Shown here: piece after piece, positions 12,229-20,703 of the stretch
Position numbering within the stretch: the first letter of the stretch is position 1
How the letters are laid out: each line of letters begins with the position of its first letter
From: Patescibacteria group bacterium
Lineage (GTDB): Bacteria; Patescibacteriota; Patescibacteriia; Patescibacteriales; GWC2-42-12
Direction of reading: 5' to 3'
Length of the DNA stretch: 64,000 nucleotides
Assembly (NCBI GenBank): GCA_041662965.1
Contig: JBAZRI010000004.1
Location: 7,305-71,304 of the forward strand
Notes under the pieces: generated by a model
The model's input: only the letters and a program-made list of their open reading frames with translations
Told to the model about the DNA's origin: nothing
The model's database searches: none
Program-made: the position numbers and the translations under genes

Positions 12229-12281
12229 CAAGTTAAAATTTAATGGCCGAAGAGCTTGGCTCGCTATTAAATTTTAACTTG
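12229..12281. other. Long perfect hairpin 12 nt upstream of the first atp-operon start codon
   Basis: 16-bp stem CAAGTTAAAATTTAAT/ATTAAATTTTAACTTG enclosing a GC-rich insert. Confidence 0.6.
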
Positions 12282-12433
12282 ATACATTATATTTTTTGAA
12301 AATATTAAAAACTTTTTTTGAAAAAGTTTTTAAAAATTCTAGAAAATATTCAAGGGCGATGCCGTCCTTGAATTTTTTCTATTTATAAACAGTTGCCCAC
12401 TTATTTTATACAGCAAAATTGAAAAATAGTCAA

Positions 12434-12485
12434 CCCCGCGAAATCCGCTTTTGCGAAAATTCGTTCGCGAATTTATTTAACGAGG
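12434..12485. repeat. Intergenic copy of the CCCCG..AAAT / ATTTAACG.GG palindromic element
   Basis: CCCCGCGAAATCCGCTTTTGCGAAAATTCGTTCGCGAATTTATTTAACGAGG. Confidence 0.6.
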
Positions 12486-12513
12486 CCAACCCGGTTAAAA
12501 ATCTGGCTATAGG

Positions 12514-13353
12514 CTAAATATTAAAAATTTTTCTAGCGTTATTTGTGCTAATTTCAGCTATTCTTTCAAAGCTTAAATTCTTAATCTCCGCGATTCTTTC
12601 CGCCACTTTTTTAACTAACAATGGCTCATTGCGCTGGCCGCGAAACGGCTCCGGCGTCATAAAAGGGCAGTCGGTTTCAACCATAAATTTATCATTAGGT
12701 ATGCGCCGGATTAAATCATCCCATTTGGCGGAAAAAGTTATCAGCCCGGTAAAAGAAATATTTAAGCCTAAGCTAAAATATTGCCAAGCCAATTCTTCGT
12801 CGCCGGAGAAACAATGCATTACGCCCCAAGCCTTATCTTTAGGCAGGCTGGCTTTATGGTCCTTTTTAAAAGTTTTTAAAATTTCCAGCATATCATCATG
12901 CGCCTGGCGGCAGTGGATGATAACCGGCAATTTTAAATTATCGGCTAATTCAAGCTGGCGCAAAAAAACTTCTTTTTGCTTCTGCTTAACCGCGGCCAGA
13001 TCGGATTTTACGTCAACATGATAATAATCCAAACCGATTTCGCCTACGGCCACCACTTTTTTAAACTGCGCTAATTTTTCATAAACGTCATAGCTGAATT
13101 CTTCCTCGCGCGTAGTAAAATCATAATCATCTCCTCGGGCTTCCTGCTCGTGCGTATGCATAGGGTGCAATCCGACCGCGGCATAAACACCCTTCTCGTA
13201 TTTATTGGCGTACTCTAAAGCGCGCTTGGAAGTTTTTGTTTCCGCGCCGACTAAAATCATAAAAGTATCATTAGCTAAAGAGCGGCGTATCACCTCGTCG
13301 GCGTCGTCTTTAAAGGCGTTAAAATTTATATGCGCGTGGGTATCGATTAACAT
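12514..13353 (-). CDS. tatD: TatD family metal-dependent hydrolase/DNase
   Basis: MLIDTHAHINF start and TatD motifs (GEIGLDY, HCRQAHDD, ETDCPF). The extra 7 codons of the track ORF come from a hairpin repeat. Confidence 0.9.
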   Translation of the reverse strand: MLIDTHAHINFNAFKDDADEVIRRSLANDTFMILVGAETKTSKRALEYANKYEKGVYAAVGLHPMHTHEQEARGDDYDFTTREEEFSYDVYEKLAQFKKVVAVGEIGLDYYHVDVKSDLAAVKQKQKEVFLRQLELADNLKLPVIIHCRQAHDDMLEILKTFKKDHKASLPKDKAWGVMHCFSGDEELAWQYFSLGLNISFTGLITFSAKWDDLIRRIPNDKFMVETDCPFMTPEPFRGQRNEPLLVKKVAERIAEIKNLSFERIAEISTNNARKIFNI

Positions 13354-13395
13354 ATTTATTACCCCCTTTAACAAAGGGGGTTAGGGGGGATTTTA

Positions 13396-14028
13396 TTATT
13401 TTCTCAAAACTTTTATATTTTTAATATCCCTAATATCTACTAGCCTTGACGGCTTGGTTCTTTTGCATTCTCCGGCGTCAATTACTAAATCCGGGAAATA
13501 TTTAAAATGCTTATCTAGATTTTTTACATTGGTCAGCGGCTTTTCTCCTTTTTTATTTAGACTGGTAGAGACAATCGGCAGGCCGACCCCATTGATTATT
13601 TTAATCAAAAAATCATTATCTGGCAATCTGACGCCGATGCTGTTTAAGCCGCCGGTTAATTCAACCGGTAAATTCGGCCGTCTTTTTAAAATTACGGTAA
13701 CCGGCCCTAAAACTCCTCTCCTTGCTAAGGAGAAGCTAGGGTGAGGTCTTTCCCAAATATCCTTTAAATATTCCATCTGCTCTAAATTCACAAAGCAATA
13801 TTTTTTTAGCATCTCAAAATCGCTAATTAAAATAAGCAATGGCTTAGCTCTTTTCTCGCCCTTAATTTTATTTATTCTTTTTATGGCTTCGGCGTTTAGC
13901 GCGTCGCAACCTAGCCCATAAATCGTATCGGTCGGATACGCTAATACTTGCCCGCGCTTTAAATAATCCGCAATCAAGCTTATCTCCTCCTGAACAATTT
14001 TATTTACATCTATTTTTATACTTTGCAT
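13396..14028 (-). CDS. tsaC: L-threonylcarbamoyladenylate synthase (YrdC/Sua5 domain)
   Basis: AYPTDTIYGLGCDA and VSTSLN motifs; 210 aa. Confidence 0.88.
   Translation of the reverse strand: MQSIKIDVNKIVQEEISLIADYLKRGQVLAYPTDTIYGLGCDALNAEAIKRINKIKGEKRAKPLLILISDFEMLKKYCFVNLEQMEYLKDIWERPHPSFSLARRGVLGPVTVILKRRPNLPVELTGGLNSIGVRLPDNDFLIKIINGVGLPIVSTSLNKKGEKPLTNVKNLDKHFKYFPDLVIDAGECKRTKPSRLVDIRDIKNIKVLRK
13711..13747. repeat. In-frame palindromic insert (TCTCCTTGCTAAGGAGA...GGGTGAGG type) inside tsaC
   Basis: ACTCCTCTCCTTGCTAAGGAGAAGCTAGGGTGAGG; translates as PHPSFSLARRGV. About 80% identical to 15445-15482. Confidence 0.75.
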
Positions 14029-14037
14029 GTTATATAC

Positions 14038-14121
14038 TTGTCATTCCCGCGTAGGCCTGCCTATCCGGTAGGCAGGCGGGAATCCCCGCCCGCCATCGCT
14101 ACGCTTAGGCGTTAGCGGGCG
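14038..14121. repeat. Composite palindromic repeats between the MTAP-like gene and tsaC
   Basis: A TTGTCATTCCCGCGTAGG..CGGGAATCC element with the nested hairpin GCCTGCC-TATCCGGTA-GGCAGGC, followed by a GCCCGC...GCGGGC hairpin. Confidence 0.8.
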
Positions 14122-14139
14122 CGGCATTTCCTTATAATT

Positions 14140-14814
14140 TTATAATAATTTTTTCACTATACTTTCAACTGTTTTTAAATTGTTCAGCGCGCCGGTTTTA
14201 TAATCTAGATGCCCGGAAACGCCGTTCGCGTAATTATCAATTGAACTAACGGCGGCGATTGGCAAGCCGATTTCCGCGGCTAAAATAACCTCTGAAGCTA
14301 AGGTCATGCCGACCACGTCGGCGAATTTAGAAAACATTTTTATTTCAGCCGCGGTTTCAAACCTCGGCCCGGCCGCCTGTAAATACACTCCTTTTTTATA
14401 AATAGGCAAATTTATCTGTCCGCAAATTTTTATTAACAACTCTCTTAATTCTTGAGAAAAAACCGGCGTGGTGTGGACGATTTTATCGTTAAAAAAAGTC
14501 TGATTGCCGTTTAAACTGATAAAGTCATGGGGTATTAAAAATCCGGGCGCTTTTACGCTTTTTTTCAAACTGCCGGCCGAGTTGAAAGAAATAATTTTTT
14601 TAACGCCGTAATCGGCCAAAGCCTTAAAGTATGCTTTGAAATTAATCCGCTGCGGCGGTAAATTCCCCTGATGCCGCTGAATAAAAAAAACTTCTTCGCG
14701 GCGGTAAATAACCGCCCGCCCGTATTTATTTTTTATTTTTACCGGCTTAAAATCGTTAAATAAATCCGACGACATTAAGCCGCTGCCGCCGATTAAGCAA
14801 GTTTTTTGTTTCAT
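14140..14814 (-). CDS. Purine nucleoside / 5'-methylthioadenosine phosphorylase family protein
   Basis: PNP_UDP_1-like pattern: GPRFETAAEI and VGMTLASEVILAAE. Confidence 0.8.
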   Translation of the reverse strand: MKQKTCLIGGSGLMSSDLFNDFKPVKIKNKYGRAVIYRREEVFFIQRHQGNLPPQRINFKAYFKALADYGVKKIISFNSAGSLKKSVKAPGFLIPHDFISLNGNQTFFNDKIVHTTPVFSQELRELLIKICGQINLPIYKKGVYLQAAGPRFETAAEIKMFSKFADVVGMTLASEVILAAEIGLPIAAVSSIDNYANGVSGHLDYKTGALNNLKTVESIVKKLL

Positions 14815-14824
14815 AAATTAATAT

Positions 14825-15802
14825 TTATAGCGTCGTTATCGGCCTGGATTGAGTAATATAAAATTTACCGCGAGCAAAAGCCCATTCTATATCTTGCGGC
14901 TTTTTATAATGCTTCTCTATATTAGCACAAATTTTAGTTAATTCAATAATCTGTTTGCCATTTAGTTTTTGTTTTTCCTGTTTAGCTTTTGGCACAACCG
15001 CGCGCTTAATTCCACCGCCGGTTTTTCTAATTATCATTATTTTCTGCTTAGCAATATTTATATCCATTATTGATAAATTTTGTTTGTCAATAACATAGGC
15101 GTCCGGTGTTATTTGGCCTGACACTATGGCTTCGCCTAGCCCCCAGCCGGCTTCAATAATCATCTGATTTTTATCTTTGGTCACCGGGTGCACGGTAAAA
15201 GCGATGCCGGAAATTTCCGACTCTATCATATGTTGGATAACCACGGCTACGCTAACTTTGGTTTTTAATAATTTTTTTTCATGACGATAAAAAATCGCTC
15301 GCGGCGTAAAAAGCGATGACCAACATTTTTTAACATTTTCTATTAAATCTTTTTTGGTTGTATCTAAATAAGTTTCTAATTCTCCGGCCCAGGAAGCCAC
15401 GGACGAATCTTCGGCCGTAGCCGACGAGCGCACGGCCACGAAGAACTCCCTCTCTTTGCTAAGGAGAGGGCGGGGGTGAGGTTTTCCTCTTAATTTATAA
15501 TATTCCGCTAAAATTTCTTTTTTTATGTCGTCCGGCATAGCCTGATCATGGATTAAACCGCGGATAACATTTGACGCCTTATCTACCGAATTTATATCTT
15601 TATAATTTACTTTCTTTAAAATCGCCGCTACGTCAACGCCTAAGTCGGTTTCTTCTAAAAACCGATCGAAAGCCGCGGCTAAAACCACAAACCCGGGCGG
15701 AACAGGCATTTTGGTTTTTGTCATCTCCCCTAAGTTAGCTCCCTTACCTCCAGCCTCGCCCGCGTCTTTATAAGAAAGTTGTTTAAAAATTTTGGTAAAC
15801 AT
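14825..15802 (-). CDS. PEP synthase/PPDK N-terminal ATP-grasp domain protein (stand-alone)
   Basis: GGKGANLGEM, VAVRSSATAEDS and RPITTL motifs. Only the nucleotide-binding domain is present. Confidence 0.88.
   Translation of the reverse strand: MFTKIFKQLSYKDAGEAGGKGANLGEMTKTKMPVPPGFVVLAAAFDRFLEETDLGVDVAAILKKVNYKDINSVDKASNVIRGLIHDQAMPDDIKKEILAEYYKLRGKPHPRPLLSKEREFFVAVRSSATAEDSSVASWAGELETYLDTTKKDLIENVKKCWSSLFTPRAIFYRHEKKLLKTKVSVAVVIQHMIESEISGIAFTVHPVTKDKNQMIIEAGWGLGEAIVSGQITPDAYVIDKQNLSIMDINIAKQKIMIIRKTGGGIKRAVVPKAKQEKQKLNGKQIIELTKICANIEKHYKKPQDIEWAFARGKFYITQSRPITTL
15445..15482. repeat. In-frame palindromic insert inside the ATP-grasp gene
   Basis: ACTCCCTCTCTTTGCTAAGGAGAGGGCGGGGGTGAGG; translates as PHPRPLLSKERE. 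Paralogous to 13711-13747. Confidence 0.75.
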
Positions 15803-15810
15803 GTTATTTA

Positions 15811-17244
15811 TTATTTTATTATCTTTACAATCCCCTTATCCGCATCAACTTCCACTAAATCGCCGTCATGCAAAATTTTAGTAGCGATTTTGGTACCAAT
15901 TATACAGGGTTTATTCATCTCGCGGGAAATAATGGCCGCATGGCAGGTTACTCCTCCTTCATCCGTTATAAAGCCAATGGCTTTTTTCATGGCCTGAATA
16001 TAATCGGGCGTGGTCATGGCAGTCGCCAGAAAGTCTCGGTTTTTTACCTTTCCGGCTTCTTTCCCCGACACCAGCACTTTAACGACTCCGCGATAAATTT
16101 TTTTATTGCCGCGACAGGCAACTTGGCCCTTGATTTCGGCCGGTTTAAATCGCTTGCTTAAATCTTTAAGAAAAATTTTTGTTTCTTTTAATTTCATTAA
16201 CCGGCGTTTACCTGAATCGTATTTTACGATAAATTGCTTTTTTATTCTCTCTTCTGCCAATTTAAAAACCAACTCGCGGTCTTTAGCCAACGGCAGCTCA
16301 TCAATGAATAAATATTTTAAATGCTTATAATCCAGCTTATACCTTCCGCCTAATTCCAAAAGAATCAAACCATAAATATAATTAAGCCGGTAATCGTATT
16401 TTTTTCTTTCGTCAATCCAGACGCCAAAGGTTCTCGCCGCCTCAATTAGTTTAAGCTCGGATGGCGTAAAATCATATTTTTTTAATAATTTAAATCTGTT
16501 ATTTTTTTCCGCCAAATCTTTTTTATTAATCCGTTTTAACTGATTCTCGATTTTTACCAAAGACATTTTTTCTTTCAGCAGTTTTTTAAGAAAATATTTT
16601 TTATCCCAATATACCGGTCCGTCGTAATTATACGGCAGCCAGCCGTAATCATCCGCTAATCTTTCGGCCGCGGCCGCGGCCTTTAATTTTTTATTTTTTA
16701 ATGCTTTTAAATTTTTTAAATAATCAATTTCAAATTTCAAAACCTGGGTTTTTTCTTTGGGCATCGTTAAGGCGGGCAAATCTTCTGGGCTAATTTTTAA
16801 TTTCTTTCCCAATAATTCTAAATAATAATCGCCTCCCAGATGCCAAGCGTAAACATTAGCTAATTCAAAATCCGTCCATACTTTTTTGATTTTTAAGGCC
16901 TGCTTTATCAGATTATCCAAACTAATTTTTGAAAAATTAACTGATTTTATTTCATTTATCAAATTTTTAATTCTTTTTCTGCGCGCCGCCACCTGATATT
17001 CCAAATTTTTAAAGTATGTTTTTCCTTTCATCATCCTGCCGGCGATATACTTGCCCATTCTTTCCCATTCATTTTTCAAATAAATTGATCTTGCCCTGCC
17101 TGCTTGAAAAATAATCCAGGTATATCTTAAATATTTCCCGTAAATTTGTTTTAATTTTGGTGATGTCTGGACTTCTGCATTCCAAATGTTTGGTGTCAGC
17201 ATGAGCTCTCGGTCTCTTAAAATTAAATATTTTTCTTCAGACAT
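15811..17244 (-). CDS. Protein with C-terminal PEP-utilising swivel phosphohistidine domain (paralog 1)
   Basis: C-terminal ITDEGGVTCHAAIISREMNKPCIIGT. The ~390-aa N-terminal part has unknown function. Confidence 0.85.
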   Translation of the reverse strand: MSEEKYLILRDRELMLTPNIWNAEVQTSPKLKQIYGKYLRYTWIIFQAGRARSIYLKNEWERMGKYIAGRMMKGKTYFKNLEYQVAARRKRIKNLINEIKSVNFSKISLDNLIKQALKIKKVWTDFELANVYAWHLGGDYYLELLGKKLKISPEDLPALTMPKEKTQVLKFEIDYLKNLKALKNKKLKAAAAAERLADDYGWLPYNYDGPVYWDKKYFLKKLLKEKMSLVKIENQLKRINKKDLAEKNNRFKLLKKYDFTPSELKLIEAARTFGVWIDERKKYDYRLNYIYGLILLELGGRYKLDYKHLKYLFIDELPLAKDRELVFKLAEERIKKQFIVKYDSGKRRLMKLKETKIFLKDLSKRFKPAEIKGQVACRGNKKIYRGVVKVLVSGKEAGKVKNRDFLATAMTTPDYIQAMKKAIGFITDEGGVTCHAAIISREMNKPCIIGTKIATKILHDGDLVEVDADKGIVKIIK

Positions 17245-17279
17245 ATTTATCTAATATTAGATTAAATTATCCACAAACA

Positions 17280-17308
17280 TTGACAAATTTACTAATTTAT
17301 GCTATATT
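17280..17308 (+). promoter_or_regulatory. Sigma70-type promoter of the GC-rich ORF
   Basis: TTGACA (17280-17285), 17-nt spacer, then TATATT with TG upstream (17303-17308). Confidence 0.6.
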
Positions 17309-17382
17309 AATAAGTCATGAAATTGTTTATGGCATGGTTCAGATGAGCCATCATCTTTCACAATATAATGAGGAGGTAGGAA

Positions 17383-17823
17383 ATGAAACAGATTATTATT
17401 GTAACACACGGTGACAAGTTCTCGGGTGCAAACCCGAGTATGACGGAAAAAGGTTTTGAGCAGATCAAGGCTCTTCGTCCTCTTCTCCCGGACAACCTCG
17501 CGAACGTGGCCTGCGGAACTGGTCGTCGTCACGGTGACGTGGCTAAAGCTCTTGGGCTCACTCCGAACCGCTACTCGTCGGTTTTCGGGGACGGAGAATC
17601 CATGGAAAAGGTAGGCGACGTGTACATGGTGATTCTCACCGACGGTACGAAGCTGCCGATGCAGGCTCACACCACGCTCTTTTCAAAAACCGGGATCATA
17701 GATGAGCCAAAAGCTTATTCTGTGACCCGGTTTTTACATTGTCAAAATACTATTTCAACTTTTTTACTATACCCTTATTCGCATCCACCTCCACCAAATC
17801 GCCATCATGCAAAACACTGGTAG
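17383..17823 (+). CDS. GC-rich orphan protein, histidine-phosphatase (SixA/PGAM)-like N-terminus
   Basis: Strong SD (GAGGAGG) before the ATG. IIIVTHGDK...MTEKGFEQ...GTGRRHGD resembles the RHG-type fold. A hairpin at ~17688-17748 lies inside the ORF, so the 3' end is uncertain; the tail is antisense to the next gene. Confidence 0.55.
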   Translation: MKQIIIVTHGDKFSGANPSMTEKGFEQIKALRPLLPDNLANVACGTGRRHGDVAKALGLTPNRYSSVFGDGESMEKVGDVYMVILTDGTKLPMQAHTTLFSKTGIIDEPKAYSVTRFLHCQNTISTFLLYPYSHPPPPNRHHAKHW

Positions 17824-19093
17824 CAATTTTTGTCCCGATTATGCAGGGCTTATTCATCTCGCGAGATACAATGGCCGCATGGCTGGTGATGCCGCCTTCG
17901 TCGGTAATAAAACCCGCGGCCTTATGCATTAACGGCAGCATTTCCGGAGTGGTCATGGGTGAGACCAAAATATCCCCTGTCCTAACTTTTTTAAAATCTT
18001 CTCGACTTGATACTATTTTAACTCTCCCCTTTATATAACCTCTAGAAGCAATAAAACCTTTAAACTCTTTAATCTGCTGGCCGTCTTCTTGAAATACTTT
18101 TTTCAAAAAATTATAAATCTTCCCGGTGTAGCATACGCCAACTCCGTTTATTTCTACCACAACATGGCTCTTCATTCTTTTTTTTATTTCCGCTTTTGGT
18201 GGAATCTTACCTAAAAGAAACTCATCTTTGGTGCAAAAAAGAAGTTCTTTGTAAGTCAACCCTCTTCGTCTAGCCTCAGCTTTTAATTTTGGGATGTAAA
18301 AATAAGAGGCTATATTCATAATATCAGTCCGCTGGGTACGGTAAAAAATTATGTACTGCATAATATCTATAATGTGCGACTTATCTTTCCCGATTATTTT
18401 TTTAGCTTCGGCCAAAGCGGTTTTTAGCTTTTTCTTGTTTTTTTTATATTCTTTTAAAAATTTAGCTTTATTTATATTTTTTAATTTTTCTCTGGCTTCC
18501 GCCAGGCTGTAGGCTCGTTCGTCTCCGTATCTTGAATAGATCCACTCGTATTTTTTAACGTGTTTCTTTAAATTTTTGGCGGTTAATAAATTGAGCTCTT
18601 CTTTTTTATAAAAATTATCTTTTAAAGGAAGTCTTATTAAATTTAAAAGTTCAGCCGCATTATTTTTACCGACTTTTTTTATTAAAATATTTTTAGCCAG
18701 ATCGTAAAAAATTTCACCGAAATAAATTAAATTCATTGACGGCATGTAATTGCGAAATTCTTCAAAAAATGTGTTTGTGTCTTTATTAACGGAAGCCAAA
18801 AGTTTTTTTTCTTTTACCGAAAATACCTTTTTTATTCTTGCGACCGCTTTTTTACTATTCCATTCTTTTACTATTATTTTTTTGCCAATTATCTCGTCGG
18901 CCTTATAATAATACCAAATATAATCCAAGCAAACGATATCTCTTCTTGAATATGGCGTTTTTATGACGTCTTGATAAATTTTTTCATCGGCGCTGGAGCC
19001 AATCATTAAAGACGAATAAAAAGGCGGGTAATCCCGCTTCACGGTTTTCACGTATTTTTCTTTTTTTATCTTAAAAATATCGCTTTTCTTCAT
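17750..19093 (-). CDS. Protein with C-terminal PEP-utilising swivel phosphohistidine domain (paralog 2)
   Basis: C-terminal ITDEGGITSHAAIVSREMNKPCIIGT..HDGDLVEVDANKGIV, nearly identical to the C-terminus of paralog 1. Confidence 0.85.
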   Translation of the reverse strand: MKKSDIFKIKKEKYVKTVKRDYPPFYSSLMIGSSADEKIYQDVIKTPYSRRDIVCLDYIWYYYKADEIIGKKIIVKEWNSKKAVARIKKVFSVKEKKLLASVNKDTNTFFEEFRNYMPSMNLIYFGEIFYDLAKNILIKKVGKNNAAELLNLIRLPLKDNFYKKEELNLLTAKNLKKHVKKYEWIYSRYGDERAYSLAEAREKLKNINKAKFLKEYKKNKKKLKTALAEAKKIIGKDKSHIIDIMQYIIFYRTQRTDIMNIASYFYIPKLKAEARRRGLTYKELLFCTKDEFLLGKIPPKAEIKKRMKSHVVVEINGVGVCYTGKIYNFLKKVFQEDGQQIKEFKGFIASRGYIKGRVKIVSSREDFKKVRTGDILVSPMTTPEMLPLMHKAAGFITDEGGITSHAAIVSREMNKPCIIGTKIATSVLHDGDLVEVDANKGIVKKLK

Positions 19094-19138
19094 TTTTTTA
19101 TTTAATTATTTTAACCATTTATCAATCCGCTGCAACGT

Positions 19139-20167
19139 TTAATTTTGTTTATTTTTCATATCCTCAAAAACTATTCGGGAAATATTTTTTATCGCCTCAA
19201 CCATTTTTTCAAAATTTGACCCGCGAGTCATAATGCAAAGCAAATACGGGGAAGCCTGATTATAAACAATCCCGCAATCATGCAGCTGATTAAACTCCTG
19301 TCCGCCAATCAAAATTTTCCTCTCGCCGAATTTATGCGCCACTTTTACGTCCTTATCAACCCCGGCGACTATTCCATCTTTAAAATCGCTCGCGGAAAGA
19401 ATCTCCAAGGCTTTTTCCGAATAATCCCTGCTTAAATAAGAAGCATTGTAAAGTATCCTAAAAAAAGAAGCGTATTCTTTAACTGACATAAAATCATCAG
19501 CCGTCCTGATATTAGGAAGCGAAAGGCCTAAGTCTTGGTAGCAGCGATCTAAAGCCGCGCTGTCAATTTTTAAAAATAATAAATCCAAAGCTTTATTATC
19601 GGAAAAAACAATCATCCTTCTTAATAAATCGCTCACTGAATAGCTCTGGCCAAAAACCACTTTTTCCGCTGGATTAAAATTTTGAATCAAATCGTCGCCT
19701 TCCGTGTGTTCGTTAAAAACAATTTTTTCTTCCAATAGTTGCGGATTCTTTTCCGCTTCCTTAAAATAAGCCATTAAAATCGGCACTTTAAGCAAGCTGG
19801 CTGGATAAAAATTTTCCTTTTCGTTGATCCCGGACCAGGGGCCATTGTTTAAATCACGGAGATAAACCGACACGCTTACAATTTCTTTTTTATCAACTTT
19901 CTCTTCAATAAAATCCAAAATATGATTTTTAAAAGAAAACAGATTGGTTTTATCACTCATTTCAATCTCGCATTCCAACAGCGGATTTATAAATTTATAA
20001 CCGCTCTGTCTGACGGGATGAACGTTATCGGAATTAACTTCATTTTGGCTTAAAGCGCTTTTCTCAAAAATAATCCCTAGCGACCGCCCGGCCAAAATTC
20101 CCAAAATAAAAATTATCAGCCAAAGGACGCTGCTGGAAATTTTACCTTGATTAAAAATTTTATTCAT
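19139..20167 (-). CDS. Class A beta-lactamase-like serine hydrolase, membrane anchored
   Basis: N-terminal TM helix; SLLK (SxxK), SDN and KFG (KTG-like) motifs in the expected order. Confidence 0.7.
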   Translation of the reverse strand: MNKIFNQGKISSSVLWLIIFILGILAGRSLGIIFEKSALSQNEVNSDNVHPVRQSGYKFINPLLECEIEMSDKTNLFSFKNHILDFIEEKVDKKEIVSVSVYLRDLNNGPWSGINEKENFYPASLLKVPILMAYFKEAEKNPQLLEEKIVFNEHTEGDDLIQNFNPAEKVVFGQSYSVSDLLRRMIVFSDNKALDLLFLKIDSAALDRCYQDLGLSLPNIRTADDFMSVKEYASFFRILYNASYLSRDYSEKALEILSASDFKDGIVAGVDKDVKVAHKFGERKILIGGQEFNQLHDCGIVYNQASPYLLCIMTRGSNFEKMVEAIKNISRIVFEDMKNKQN

Positions 20168-20188
20168 ATAAATTTTGCTCCATAAACC

Positions 20189-20689
20189 CTAAATTACCCC
20201 CTTAATCCTATCTAAGAGCCCGGGTAAAAGCGGCATGATGACTTTAGTGTAGCTGACTAAAAACGGCGCCATTTTTGAACCGTCCAGCCAACCGCTAAAG
20301 CCTGTTTGAGAAATAAATAATAAAGCCAAGCCTAAAACCAGTCCGCCTTCAATAAAACCTAAGGCTGCGCCGGCCAGCCGATTAATAGTTTTTAAAAAAG
20401 GGATAATGGAAATTAGGTCAAAAGTTCGGTCCAGAAGCACAAAAATAAAACCGATCAGCCGGTTGATTAAAGTGAATAAAATAAAAAAAGTAATAATTTT
20501 ACCGGATAATTCATGGCCGAAAAATAAATTTTTTACCCAGCCGAAAACATCTAAATAAAAAATAAGGGTTAGCCATAGGCCGCCGACCATGGCGAATAAT
20601 GAGCCAACAGTTCTGATTAAGCCGAAAAACAAGCCGTAAAAAACAAAACCGGCTAAAATAATCAGAAGAACGATGTCAAAAATTAGCAT
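20189..20689 (-). CDS. cvpA: CvpA family membrane protein
   Basis: 166 aa, 4 TM helices, with the typical CvpA N-terminus MLIFDIVLLIILAGFVFYG. Confidence 0.75.
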   Translation of the reverse strand: MLIFDIVLLIILAGFVFYGLFFGLIRTVGSLFAMVGGLWLTLIFYLDVFGWVKNLFFGHELSGKIITFFILFTLINRLIGFIFVLLDRTFDLISIIPFLKTINRLAGAALGFIEGGLVLGLALLFISQTGFSGWLDGSKMAPFLVSYTKVIMPLLPGLLDRIKGVI

Positions 20690-20703
20690 ATTGTTTATTT
20701 TAT

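Noticed and set aside
17302-17670. Minus-strand 122-aa ORF antisense to the GC-rich cassette. Similar alternative frames occur at 33854..34168, 33876..34091, 56495..56977 and 56541..56843.
   Set aside because: High local GC keeps several frames open. Only the chosen frames have a consensus promoter, a strong SD and a terminator.
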